Shown here in pieces: positions 12,558 to 24,364 of a stretch of 64,000 nt of DNA (position 1 is its first letter; every line of letters starts with the position of its first letter). The notes under the pieces were generated by a model that ran no database searches, was not told the origin of the DNA, and saw nothing but the letters and a program-made list of their open reading frames with translations. Origin of the DNA: Moniliella sp. 'wahieum' (Eukaryota); contig RSEE01000067.1 in assembly GCA_003971905.1 (NCBI GenBank), positions 62,001 through 126,000 on the forward strand, read 5' to 3'. The position numbers and the translations under genes were made by a program.

Positions 12558-15430
12558 ATGGCGCGCGCAGCCGCTGGAAGCAAGGCACGCCGCAACCGCG
12601 CGCCAGCGGCCATCATCCCCCCCCTGCCAAACAGGCACCCAAGACCAACGGAAAGCCCAAAACCAAGACGCAGAAGAGCAAGGCGCGCTCGCCAAGCCGC
12701 CCGCGAGGCGGACGCCTCGGACGCTGAGCTCGATGACACCCATGACACGAGGAGCAAGAGGACGAAGAAGATGCGCTGGTTTCTGATGCGGAGGATATGG
12801 TCGATTATGCATCGGACAGTGCCGAGTCTGCTTCCTCGTCATCCCGTCCCGACCCCAAGGCCAAAGCCAAGGCAAACGGCCGCGCCACCAACATGAATTT
12901 TTTAACCTCGATGGATGTGAATGCGATCAGTACGTCCCGAGCTGAATTGGAGCGCATCAAAAAGCAAGAGCGCAAAGACCAAGGTCGGAACTCAAGGCGG
13001 CACAGAAACTTGCCCGCAAGTCGCGCCCGTCTGCTTCGGGCCAGGCTGAAGACGATGAGGAATCGGGGGAGGACGCGTACGAGACGGAGTTTGAGGACGA
13101 GTTGGACTCGGACGTGGATCTGGGCTCGGATGTTTACGAGTACAGTGATGACGCGGCTCAAGATGAGGATGCGTCTTCGGACGATGCAGAGTCTAACGAC
13201 TCTGTCACTTCGCCTGACCAGGGATCTGACTCTGACCTATCCGACGAAGACGAGGAGGCTCGCGAGGACAAACGCATCCAGCAGAGGGCTGCTCAGGCGA
13301 AGCGCAAACGCAAGGAAGATGAGCTGGCGGCAGCCAAGCTTGCAAGCGAGCTCGTTTGCCCATTCGCGGCGAGGAAGGGTGGGAGTCCAAGATGCAAGTT
13401 GGGTCAGACGAAGAGAGGAGGAGACACCTCAAGGCCGAGCCGTACGCAAGCCAATTGAGCTCCCGAGTCTGAGTCTGAATCCGAAGAGGAGGACCCAGCC
13501 GAGAAGCAAGCACGCTTGGCAGCGGCAGCTATGCCCATCCAAGCATTACTACTGGCTCTCGGTTCGGCATGTTGGCGCCGTATGCAGTGATGCGACTCTC
13601 GCCTCGATCCAAGCGGATCGCCGCCGCACGCGAGCAACTTGCTCGTCTTGCCCAGACGGTTATGGCCGACCCAGAGGAAAGCTCGATCGGCTTGGTCCGT
13701 CGCATGCTCGTTTTCGCCCCCTGCCATTCGCCCCCCTAAGGTTACTGCTGGTGCCGGGGCAACTGGGATTGAAGCGGACCCCGAACGGGCACGCGCGTTG
13801 AAGCCGATCCCTGTTGACGATGCCATTCGCGCCGCGGCCGTGTTAACTCTTATGGCTGTCTTTAGTGACATTCTGCCCGGGTACCGCATTCGCCCCTTGT
13901 CGGAGCAAGCAGACCGAGTCGGTGTCTCACGAAGTGCGCCGCCGGCGCGAGTTTGAGCAGGGCATCCTGCAAGTCTACCGCGACTTTTTGGAATTGTGCG
14001 AAGACTTGGTCAAGCATCCCAAGTCTGACTTGATGCCCATTGGGATACGGGCTCTGACCACACTGTTGCTCCCGCGAGCCACAATTTAACTATCGAACCA
14101 ACATCATTCGTGTTGTGGTTGCTTGCCTCTCCCGTGCGTCATGGACGCCTGTGACGGAGCTGTGCGCCACAACACTTATTGAACTACTCAAGGCCGACCA
14201 CGGGGGCGACATTAGTCTCGAGTGGTTCGTTTGTTGCACGTATGATCAAGGAGCGCCGGTACCAAGTTCATGCGGCCATTCTCGATATTCTTCTTCACCT
14301 CCGTTTGCGAACGGAGCTGGGAGTGACCCGTGCATCGACAACAACTTCGGACTTACCAATCGCAAAAAGCTCAACGGCTGAGCCGCAAGTCAGAGGGTCA
14401 TGCACTAAGCAAGAAGGAGATCAAACGCCAGCGCGAACTGAAGGGGATCGAGAAGGAATGGCAGAGGCGGACGCTGAGGTTGATGTTGAGGAACGGGCTA
14501 GGCATGTAAGTATTCTGCATGGTTTCCCTTCCATTCCCCCCTTCGATCTTTTACTGAACTGCTTCTTTTTTTAAGCAAACCGAGACGCTCAAACTCCTAT
14601 TTGTCCTTTACTTTAGCATCCTGAAAGCGAAGACGTACCCTCTTCGCTGTTGGGATCGGCTCTGGAGGGTTTATCAGTGTATGCCCACCGGATCAATGTG
14701 GACTTTTTCCGTGACTTGCTGGCTGTGCTGCGAGTGCACGTCGAGCGGACGAACGAAACGAGGCCGAGGCGGCTCTGGCTGGAGAGGAGGAGGATCATTC
14801 AAGGTGGGGAGGACCCTCTGGGTGGCCGTGGACCGTTTGAGGCTCGTCTGCACGATTCCCTTCTCTGCCTGTCTACGGCGTTTGAACTCTTGTCAGGCCA
14901 AGGGGCTGCACTCAATATCGACCTCTCGGACATGGTAAATCACTTGTACGGACTCCTCCAGTTGGCCACGTTGAGCACAGCGCTGGAGGAGGCACCTGCG
15001 CGGCATGGTAAGCTGCTCGGTTCCGCCGGGCGGGGACCAACGCATGTGCGTAGCAGCAGCGAGCTTCTCTTCCGCACACTGGATTTGTACTGCTGCGTCC
15101 GTCTGTGCATGCGCTGCCGCTCCAGGGGGGGCAGCGTTTGCCAAGCGTCTTTTGACGTCGTCGATCCAGTGGCCTGCCATGACGGCGACGCGCGCACTCC
15201 GGATGATCAACGTGATGCTCGCCCGCGACGCTCGTTTGGCGGCGCTGTTTGATGGCGAGGACCGGGCCGGGATGGGCGGTACGATGGGATTACCGACTCG
15301 CCCGATATGGCGCATGTGCTGGCCTCGGGCATGTCGGCATGGGAGATCATCTGCTGCGTCGCCATGCCAATGCCGACGTGCGCGCTGAGCTGTCGCGCTG
15401 GTGTCGGCCGCCAAGCAGGCGACCAAGTAA
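12558..15430 (+). CDS. NOC3: Nucleolar complex protein 3 (Noc3, CBF/Mak21 family); intron about 14506-14575; many frameshifts; end approximate
   Basis: Acidic/basic N-terminus, AVFSDILPGYRIRPL, QTETLKLLFVLYFSILK, LEGLSVYAHRINVDFFRDLL. Confidence 0.88.
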
Positions 15431-15946
15431 CTGTTACCCACCATGTAGAACCCCCCCAAAATCAAGTATTCACATTTGCATCGACACGAGTGCCCAGACA
15501 GACCATAATCGGATTCATTTGGCGACGCGATGGAGATTGAGACGCGCTCACAGAGACCATTCCCGACGGTTCCCTCGACCACCTTCTCCTGTTCTTGCGT
15601 CTGTTCCTCTTCCTCCGCCTGCGCTTTGGATATTGTACACAGACGAACGCGCCGGCAATGAGGACGTCGGGATAGACAGGGAGGTGGTTATGGCGCGTGA
15701 GCGCTGACATCATTATCCACGTGCATCGATGAGAAGATCCAGCATCGGTATCGATCGATCATCGATCGTCGATCATCGATCATGATGCATGAACCGAACG
15801 GGCGATTTTCAAATTGCAACGTTCACCTTCCGCCGCGCGCCTTCTCTCCAGGCGGCCCGCGCTGAGGCTGAAGGCCGCCTTCCACGTCGCTCCTCGCCCC
15901 CGTCCTCACGCCGCAACCCACCGCCGCCATCTGCCACCCTGCCGCC

Positions 15947-18784
15947 ATGGACGACCTCCTCGGACTCAGCCTCGGATCAGGCACACCGACCCCGTCCAGC
16001 GCCGCGCCCGCCTCCGCGCGCCCACCGCCGATGGGCAATGGAAACAGCTTTGATGCCTGTCCCGCGGCCAACCCTCGTCCCACCTGCGCCCCCTCGTGCC
16101 CCACACGCCTCGCCCGAGCCCCACCCCATGCCCCCCAGACAAAGGCCTCTGCCGGGCAGGATGCGTTCGCTTCGCTCTTCGCCCAGTCTGTGCCCAGCTC
16201 CTCCGCGAAACCGGCAGCCAGTGCGTCTCTATGGCCGCCCGACAGCAGCAAGCCCAAGCTCAAGCACACCCCAGGCCCCACCCTCCACCGACCCTTTCAG
16301 TTTCTCCGGGCTGGATGATGTATTTGGCCTTTCGTCTGCGCCCTCGATCAGCCTGCAGCACCTCCTGCTACCACGGAAGACGAGGAGGATGATATTTTGG
16401 GACTGCTGGGCAACCGCCTGAAGAGGGCTGCGTCAGCGGCAGGCCGAGGCCGAGGCCCAAGCCAAGCCAAAGCTGAAGCCGAAGCATCTCAACGCGCGAA
16501 TCGTTCTCAACGAATTCGCTTCGCGCACTGACCGCCCTGCGCACGGAATAGATATGGCCCAAACCGACGAGGACGATGGTTGGGGCAACCTGGGCGCTGC
16601 GCCGCGGGAACGGACAAGCCTGGATAGCGTCCAGAGCCTCGACGATCATCTGGGGGTGGGAGGGACCCCGGCGTGGAAGGAGAAGGGGAAGGGAAGGGCT
16701 CTGGGTACGAACCTCCTCCCCCTCGTTGGCCAACTGGTCGAGATGGGATTTGATCCGCTTGAGGCCCGTGCGGCCTTGGTCCGCTCCAAGGGTGATGTAC
16801 AGAGCGCTGTTGATTCATTCCTAACGGGCGAATCAAGGCAGGCCCCAGCGAAAGGAGCTCCAGAACGTTCCGGACGACGAACCATGGCGGAGGAATTTGC
16901 CGCTTGGCAAACCCGACAGGCGCATCCCACTTCTCGTCCTGGTGACCGAAACCAGAACGATAGTGCCCACACACAGACTGGGCTCAGATCCAAACCCAGT
17001 TAGTCGACCAAGCTTCTCAGCTTGGCACGGCTGCCTTTGCCCGTGCAACTTCGTTTTGGAGTTCAGCCAAAGCGTCAGTGAGCAAGGCCCTGGACGAGCA
17101 CCCGTCTCGCTCCACAGAGGACGGACCGGCTTGGGCGCGTCCAGCACCTCGCCCGACAAACTTCGACTCTCGCTCTCCACGACGGGATCGCCGACTCCTC
17201 ATGTGGAGAACGCTTGACACCCCTAGGCGGGACCCCTCTCCCGCGGGACCAGACTGGGCCTCCCGAGCTGCTGAGACGGCTCGGTCGTGGCAACGCAATG
17301 GCTGCTGCCCAGGGGTGGCTCCCAAGGCGGGTTCCACCCCCGACGGACGGCGCCCAAGTGGATGTCAGCCGCGGGGACAGGGGATGTGTCCGAGTCAACC
17401 ACACCGCTGACGGTCGGCCCAAATGGATGGTTCAAGCAGGCGTTCCACCCACCACGAATTCGACTTCGACTTCGGTTTCGGAACATCCTGTTTCTGTGAC
17501 GGGTCCGACATTCCATGACGATATGGAACAGCGCCTGCTTTGCCTTCACGGCGCCCGGAGCAACGCGTGCCTGCGACAGCCGCGGCGGCAGCCAAGCCTA
17601 GCCCTTCTCCCAGTACAAGCATTGGCAATGCTTCTTCTCGACTCAAGGTTGCAGAGGAAACGTCGGCCTACGTTTCCCCCGCCCGGCGTCGTCGCACGCC
17701 AGGGTCAACGCCTACGGCGTCAGGTGCAGCGACACCCTCTACCCCCCGCCGACCCCTCCACCCCAACAACGGGCCGCCCGTTCCGTTGTCCCCGACCCAG
17801 CTGGAGCGGTGGCCAAGTGGCGCGAGGCCAAGAAAGTCGGCAACGAGGCATTTGGCCGTGGGGCATATGGCGATGCCGAACAGGCATACACACGGGCCCT
17901 GACCGCGTTGGGGGAACAGAGCCTTCGGAGAGTGGTGGTGCTTAACAATCGTGCTGCTTGTCGACTGCATAACGGAGATGCCCGGGGGCTTTGACCGATA
18001 CTCAAACTGTTCTCCGCCTTATTGCGGCGGGTGCGCCCAGCCCGCCATCTGGCGTTCAATCCATCGACACGCTGCTCGCTCCCGAAGCATGGTCTCCCAC
18101 AAACGAAGCTCCGCTGCCTACCGAGCTGGCTGGAGATGTGTCACTGTCTGATGCATGGGGCAAAGCGTTGATGCGCTATGCCCAGGCAGCCGAGGCGGCG
18201 GAGAAATATGTGTCCGCTCGCAAGGCATGGCTTGCGTTGCAAAAGTTTGAGCGAGCGCATGGTGCGGGATCGGGGGCAGCAATGAGAAGCCGATGCAACG
18301 AAGGGCTGGGGACGCTGTGATGCTGCGATCCATCCTCCCTCGTCTCGTTCGGCTGCCTAGCAAGCCTGCGCCCGTGTCGACACGGGATGCGGCCAGTGTG
18401 CGTGCTGCAGGTGAGCGGGCCAGTGCTGCGGCACGGGCCAAGTTCCGCGAAGCTGCACAGGCCAAGGAAGGGGAAGATGCTCAGCGCCTGGCGCTCAAGG
18501 ATGGGGTCGATGCCAAGCTGGCAGCGTGGAAGGCGGGCAAGGAAACCAACATTCGTGCTCTGTTGGGCTCGGTGGATACTGTGGTGGGCAACACGCCCTT
18601 TGCGCCACCCAAGGTCGGCATGCACCAACTTGTGACTGACGTGCAGGTCAAGAAGGCGTACATGAAGACAATCTCCCGCCTGCATCCCGACAAGCTCGCA
18701 ACGTCGACGGAGCTGGAGCATCGCATGCTTGCTGCTGGGGCGTTTGCTGCACTCAATGATGCGTGGGTGGCGCACGCCAACTAG
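15947..18784 (+). CDS. SWA2: Auxilin-like clathrin-uncoating co-chaperone (UBA + TPR + C-terminal J domain); frameshifted
   Basis: MDDLLG start, DPF/DDI motifs, UBA (LVEMGFDPLEARAAL..GDVQSAVD), TPR (GNEAFGRGAYGDAEQAYTRAL..NNRAAC), J domain (VKKAYMKTISRLHPDKL..FAALNDAW). Confidence 0.9.
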
Positions 18785-19654
18785 CAAAAGTGCTGTACAT
18801 CTCATCCTTCCCGCGGCACACCTTGACTCGCCTTATTCCGGAGGACAAGAAAAATATTTTCTGAACAAGGGACCACCAGCCCTATACGGCCTGGTCGGCA
18901 TGCCCTATACATTGATGCATGGTGCCGGTTTACCGTCGATCTGCTTTGCCTCGGGGCTTAGCCCCAGCCTGTCCCCATGTAGACAGACGGCTACGGTTCA
19001 CGTCCATCCTTCACCATATAGTCTACCGTTTCATATTCCACATCTCACACTTCCTGTGACCCTACCAATGGAATCGCTGGATGTCTTTACACTCCCTCCC
19101 AATTGTCCATCATGGCGGGGTGTGAATAGAGGGAAGTTCCAACGGAGTTGTGCGCGAATGGGAAAGTTAGAATACACTTGCCTAATATATACCAGCATCG
19201 TCTCTTCTGCGCTGATTGTCGCCACGTCAATGCAACCTCGCACAAGCTAGCGGGTGTGTGGCCAACAACAGCGCCGTTGTGCTTTTCTCCTGACTGATGC
19301 CCTTTTTTCGAGAGGAGCTGAGCTGTGGTCCATTTCCCCTCTGTACCTGTGCGCTCCCGCACACCGGAAGCGGCGCGGCCTTCCTGTGGTTGTAAGAGAC
19401 TGTGTTGGGGTTGACCAGATCCGCACTCAACTCGGGGTCGGTTTGATCCGCGCCGGCTCTGTCGATGCACGCGCGTGCGAACAGCTGTAACATGTAAACA
19501 GAACGCCCGCACAAATTGGTTGGATGGAGTATGAAATGTTCATATCAATTGCTGCCAATGTTTCCAAGCCCTATGCAGTCGGAAGGGCGGAATACCACGC
19601 TGCGGCATTGAGCCCATCGTAACACTCACCCCATGCTGGTAGTGTGGCAGGATC

Positions 19655-19679
19655 AACCCTACTGTCCTGATGTAGGGTT
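19655..19679. promoter_or_regulatory. Inverted pair of AACCCTAC motifs (Homol-E/telo-box-like) upstream of RPS1
   Basis: AACCCTAC-tgtcctgat-GTAGGGTT lies 84-108 nt before the RPS1 ATG; the same core occurs twice in the RPL15/RPL5 promoter. Confidence 0.5.
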
Positions 19680-19762
19680 ACATGCCATGGCTTTCCACTT
19701 AGCCATGGCTTCTCGTCCCGTCCAGCTCGTGGCTCTCGTCGACTGCTGACCCGGTATCCAAG

Positions 19763-20543
19763 ATGGCGATTGGCAAGAACAAGAAGCTGGGCAAAAAGGG
19801 CATGAAGAAGAAGACGGTTGACCCTATGTCGCGCAAGGTGTGGCACGACATTCGGGCACCGACCTTCTTCGACAACCGCACTGTGGGCAAGACGATTGTC
19901 AACAAGTCCCAGGGTCTGGTGAACGCCAACGATTCGCTCAAGGGCCGCATTGTCGAGGCCTCGCTGGCCGACTTGAACAGGACGAGGAGCAGTCCTTCCG
20001 CAAGTTCTCCCTCCGGGTCGATGAAGTCCAGGGACGGTCCTGCCTGACCAACTTCCACTCGATGAACTTCACGACCGACAAGATTCGTTTCTTGTTCGCA
20101 AGTGGCAGACGACTATTGAGGCCCACCAGGACGTCAAGCTGACCGACGGCTACGTTGTGCGTCTCTTTGTCATCGCATTCACTAAGCGCCGTTCCAACAG
20201 CGTCTCCAAGACCACCTACGCCCAGTCGGCCCAGGTGCGCGCCATCCGGCAAAAGATGTTCCAGATCATCAAGCGCGAGATCGAGACGTGCGACATCAAG
20301 GAGCTTGTCCAGAAGCTGATCCCTGAGGTTATTGGCCGTGAGATTGAGAAGTCGACTCGCGGCATCTACCCTCTTAAGGACGTCTTCGTCCACAAGGTCA
20401 AGATCATCAAGAAGCCCAAGTTTGACGTGTCTCGTCTGGTTGAGCTTCACGGGGGCGCGGCCAACGTTGTGGGTGCTGAGGACTTGGGTGCCAAGGTCAA
20501 GAGCGCCGAGTTTGTCGAGCCCACCCCTCTGGCCAGTGTCTAA
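19763..20543 (+). CDS. RPS1: 40S ribosomal protein eS1 (S1/S3a); two apparent single-base deletions
   Basis: [44 protein letters not shown]...KVKI.KKPKFD. Confidence 0.97.
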
Positions 20544-21505
20544 ACTGGATGGCATCCTCCCTTTCATCGGTATGTTTCCAAAAAGGCAAATCCCGGCCGC
20601 CTCGCGTTGTTTTTGCCAGTGTGTCGTTCCACCCACCGGCTACCTCGTTGATCATCGACCACATTTGCACATAGCAGTGTGCCTTTCAAGCTCCCACCAC
20701 ATTTCCACCACATCTTGTGGTGACTGGTTGATACCAACCAAAACAATAGCGATGGTCTATGGTCTATGGTCATTCATTGGTTGTGTCCTCTAGCTCCGTC
20801 ACCATCTGTGGATTCCCCTTGGGATGTCCACCACGAACGCGGATCGTAGGCTAATGAGATCTGATATGTGTGTACAACCACATGTCCTATCGGCCTCTGA
20901 GGGTCCAGAGAGATATGGGGAAACGGTATTAGTGGTGGCTACACATGAGGCAGTAATGTGGTACTCCCCTTTTTCGGGTGATTGCGATCTAGGGTTTTCC
21001 TGGTCCTTGGACAACGGGCCACGGCCGCCAAACGTGTCACTTAAGTAGAACAGGATCTTCGGCTAATTTGATCCTCTCTCGAACGGTTGAACAAAAAAGC
21101 GCCTCCCTGCGTTCCCCTCGCAGGCTGAACACCCCCTCTGCTTGCTCAACTTCCTTCTCTGTCTACTCCTGCCTCATTTCCCCCATCCAGACAGACGTGC
21201 TTGAAGACTTGAAGCTTGCGGTTAGCCGCTTTATCTTTTCCCGACTTGCTTCTTTCGAAATCGCTTGTATAGTTTTGTTGATGATGATGTCGATGATGAG
21301 CCCCTGTGGGTACTTTCGAGTCCCACTCAAGCACTCTGCAGAATGCCACGGACCCGCCTGGCTATCGATGCCAGCGAAGCGGTGAAAGAGGAAGCGCCAG
21401 ATAGAGTGTATGGACTCGAACAGTTGGTGCTTGCGGTGAGGTCACGGTAGCGGCACGTCTGTGGTAGAGAAGGAGAGATCAAGAAAAGAGGCGGACCAAG
21501 AAACG

Positions 21506-21691
21506 TGACGCGTGACGCATGACGCCAAGCAGGGTAGGGCTCGTCGAACGTCGAACCCAAATGGGAACTGTGGACTGCCCTAGTGCTATCATCCCGTGAA
21601 TGCGGCTATGAAATCTGAAATGTACTAGCCCTGATCGATGATCGATGATCGATGATCTCTGGCTCACACGTCACGCGTCATGCGTCATGCG
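21506..21691. repeat. Cluster of 7-nt-period TSA-N4 arrays upstream of LYS1
   Basis: TGA CGCG TGA CGCA TGA (21506); (TGA TCGA)x3 TGA (21632); TCA CACG TCA CGCG TCA TGCG TCA TGCG (21664). Confidence 0.85.
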
Positions 21692-22095
21692 CCCCTGTGC
21701 CCCATGTCACTGTCCCCGCAGTGCCCCATCGATCAGGCGCACTCATCGATATCAGCCTGATAGCTCGGCGTCAGCGGCTCACCGATGTTTGAATGTTTCG
21801 CTTTTTTTTTTCACCGCGCGCGGGCTTTTCCGTTCTTCCGTCAGCGCGTCACCATTGTAAGAGTCGTATCTCCGTCGTGGAGAAGAAAAAACCGGTTCGT
21901 CGCAAATCCGGGCAGCTGGATATGAGCGCTGAGCCCAAGCCTAGTCACAGCCACAGTCACAGCTGCCAGACAGCTAACCCGACCGCCATAAAAAGCCCGT
22001 GCGAGGCTTTTCTTCCGTTGCCCCCCCCCCACCATTCGCGACACCCCTCCCCCCCCCCACTGCCCCACTTTCGTCCCTCCAGCCCACCACCCAGA

Positions 22096-23274
22096 ATGTC
22101 CCAGCAGCAGCGCATCTACCTCCGCAGCGAGGCTAAGCCCCATGAGCATCGCTCCGCTCTCACCCCTACCACCGCCAAGGCCCTGATTGATGCTGGGTGG
22201 GACGTAACGGTGGAGCGTGACCCCCAGCGCATTTTTGACGACGAAGAATTTGAGGCGGTCGGTGCCAAGCTGGCGCCCTACAACACGTGGCCCACGATCG
22301 ACAAGGAAATCCCTATTCTCGGGCTCAAGGAACTCCCAGCTCCGGGGCCTCCTCTGCCCCACACGCACATCCAATTCGCCCACTGCTACAAGAACCAAGG
22401 TGGCTGGGTCGACGTCCTGGACCGCTTTCAGCAGGGCGGTGGTAAGCTGTACGACCTCGAGTTTCTAGAGGACGCCAACGGCCGCCGGGTTGCTGCATTT
22501 GGCTGGCACGCAGGATTTGCTGGTGCTGCATTGGGTCTACTGGCACTTGCTGAGCAGGTTGAGGGAAAGCGGTTGGGTAAGCAAGACTTTACCCGAACGA
22601 GGACGAGCTCGTCAAGCACGCCCAGCAGCGCATCGAGGTGATCCGCAAGTCGCGCCAGATGGCAAGGTGCGCGCGTTGGTGGTTGGCGCCCTCGGACGCT
22701 GCGGCCGTGGAGCAATCGACTTTTTCGAGAAGGCTGGGGTTGCCCCGGAGGACATTGTCCGCTGGGATATCGCAGAGACGACGGCCAAGTCGGGTCCATA
22801 CCCCGAAATGCTCGATGTCGATATCTTCCTCAACGCCATCTACCTTCGCGAGAAGATTCCTCCTTTCCTCACCCAAGAGTTCATTGAAGCTGCTGGCAAG
22901 AGCCGCCGTCTTGGCTCGGTCGTGGACGTGAGTTGTGACACGACCAACCCCAACAACCCAATCCCTATCTACAACATCAACACCACGTTTGACGAGCCAA
23001 CGGTCGATGTGCCGCTCACCGGCGTGGCCGCTGAAGGGGAGCCATTGACTGTCATTTCGATTGACCACCTTCCCACATGCTTCCCCGCGAAGCAAGCGAA
23101 GGCTTCAGTGCTGATCTGTTGCCCTCGCTTCTGCAACTGCCTCTGGTGACGGGGGTCAAGGGCCCCGTCAACCCTTCTCCAGCCGAGGGCGAGGGCGCAG
23201 TCTGGACGCGTGCCGAACGCCTGTTTGACCACCACCTTGCACGCGCTGCGGCCGAGAAGAAGGCTCAAGCCTAG
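22096..23274 (+). CDS. LYS1: Saccharopine dehydrogenase (NAD+, L-lysine-forming); frameshifted
   Basis: LRSEAKPHEHRSALTP, FAHCYKNQGGW, LYDLEFL, GRRVAAFG, GALGRCGRGA, VDVSCDTTNP.NP, ISIDHLP. Confidence 0.96.
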
Positions 23275-24364
23275 TGGGCTTAGAACATTTCTTCTATTCA
23301 CAGTCCCCGTAATACCTTTACAACAAAACGCGCTTGCGCAAGTGTCCAACTCCAGGTTCCACCATCTCTTTATTCGTTCTCCAACATCTCTACTTCTCGT
23401 TTTATACTGATGGCTGTCCTTGTCTAATCAACTGAACATGTCATGCTTCTACTGTGCCGACAACGATAGTAGGGAAACGTCAGGATCAGACAGGTCCCGT
23501 CACTAGAACAACTAGACACTCGAAACAGCTAGACACTCGTGGGATTCTCAGCGGAGTCCTGTGTGTGGAGGAGACTGGATACTGGATTCCAATGGCGACA
23601 AACTGGAAGAACAAAAACAAAACCTATAGTGTGGTCACTGGTCTGTGACTGCTGCAAAGTTGGGAGATGCACCAGAGTTGTCTGAACCAAAGCTAAAGAA
23701 TGCCCTTTTGGTAACCACGAAGAACGCGCGCGAAGTGACAACAGCCCAGGGGTACAGACAGCGGACGCCATGGCACAACGTTGGATGTTCCATGGATGGG
23801 ATGCTGAGTGCAGCTGTGAGGATTCGGGTGAGTTTGCTGGCGTAAATGTTGGTTGGTGCCAGAGGGAGCGCAGAACCTCTGTCATGCATCACCGATCATC
23901 ATACATCATACATCATCGACCACCGGTCATCGACGGACAAAGCCTATTCACTGCGATAATCGACCAACAACCGACAATCGACAATCGATAAACTCGCGAA
24001 TGGGTTATCGGTGATCACATCGGCGTGATCGGCGTGATGGATGGATCGTGGGTCTCACCTGAGGCGGAGGGTGTGGAGGCGCTGAGGGCGTTGAGGCCGC
24101 CGGGGCCTCTCAGATCTCAGATCTCGAGCTTCAAGCGAAGCTTCAAGCATGTCAGGCTTGGGTACGCGGCAACTGGTGACTTCTACGTGGCGCGTTTCAA
24201 ACGTTCAGGCGCCGGACAGCGTGCGCGTGTGTGGGCGTGGGGCGCGCGCGTCCATGCTGCGTGCATCTCGATCGAAGTTCCAACGTCCAATATATTTTTG
24301 CGGGTGTTGTCTTTTCCGCCCAACGCCGCCAGCTCGCCACCACCAGCCCCCCAATCCGGCTGCC

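Noticed and set aside
18900..19520. Possible small gene divergent from RPS1, and similar weak ORFs at 20800-21450 and 23400-23880
   Set aside because: Short, stop-interrupted frames with no recognisable motif; cannot be supported from sequence alone
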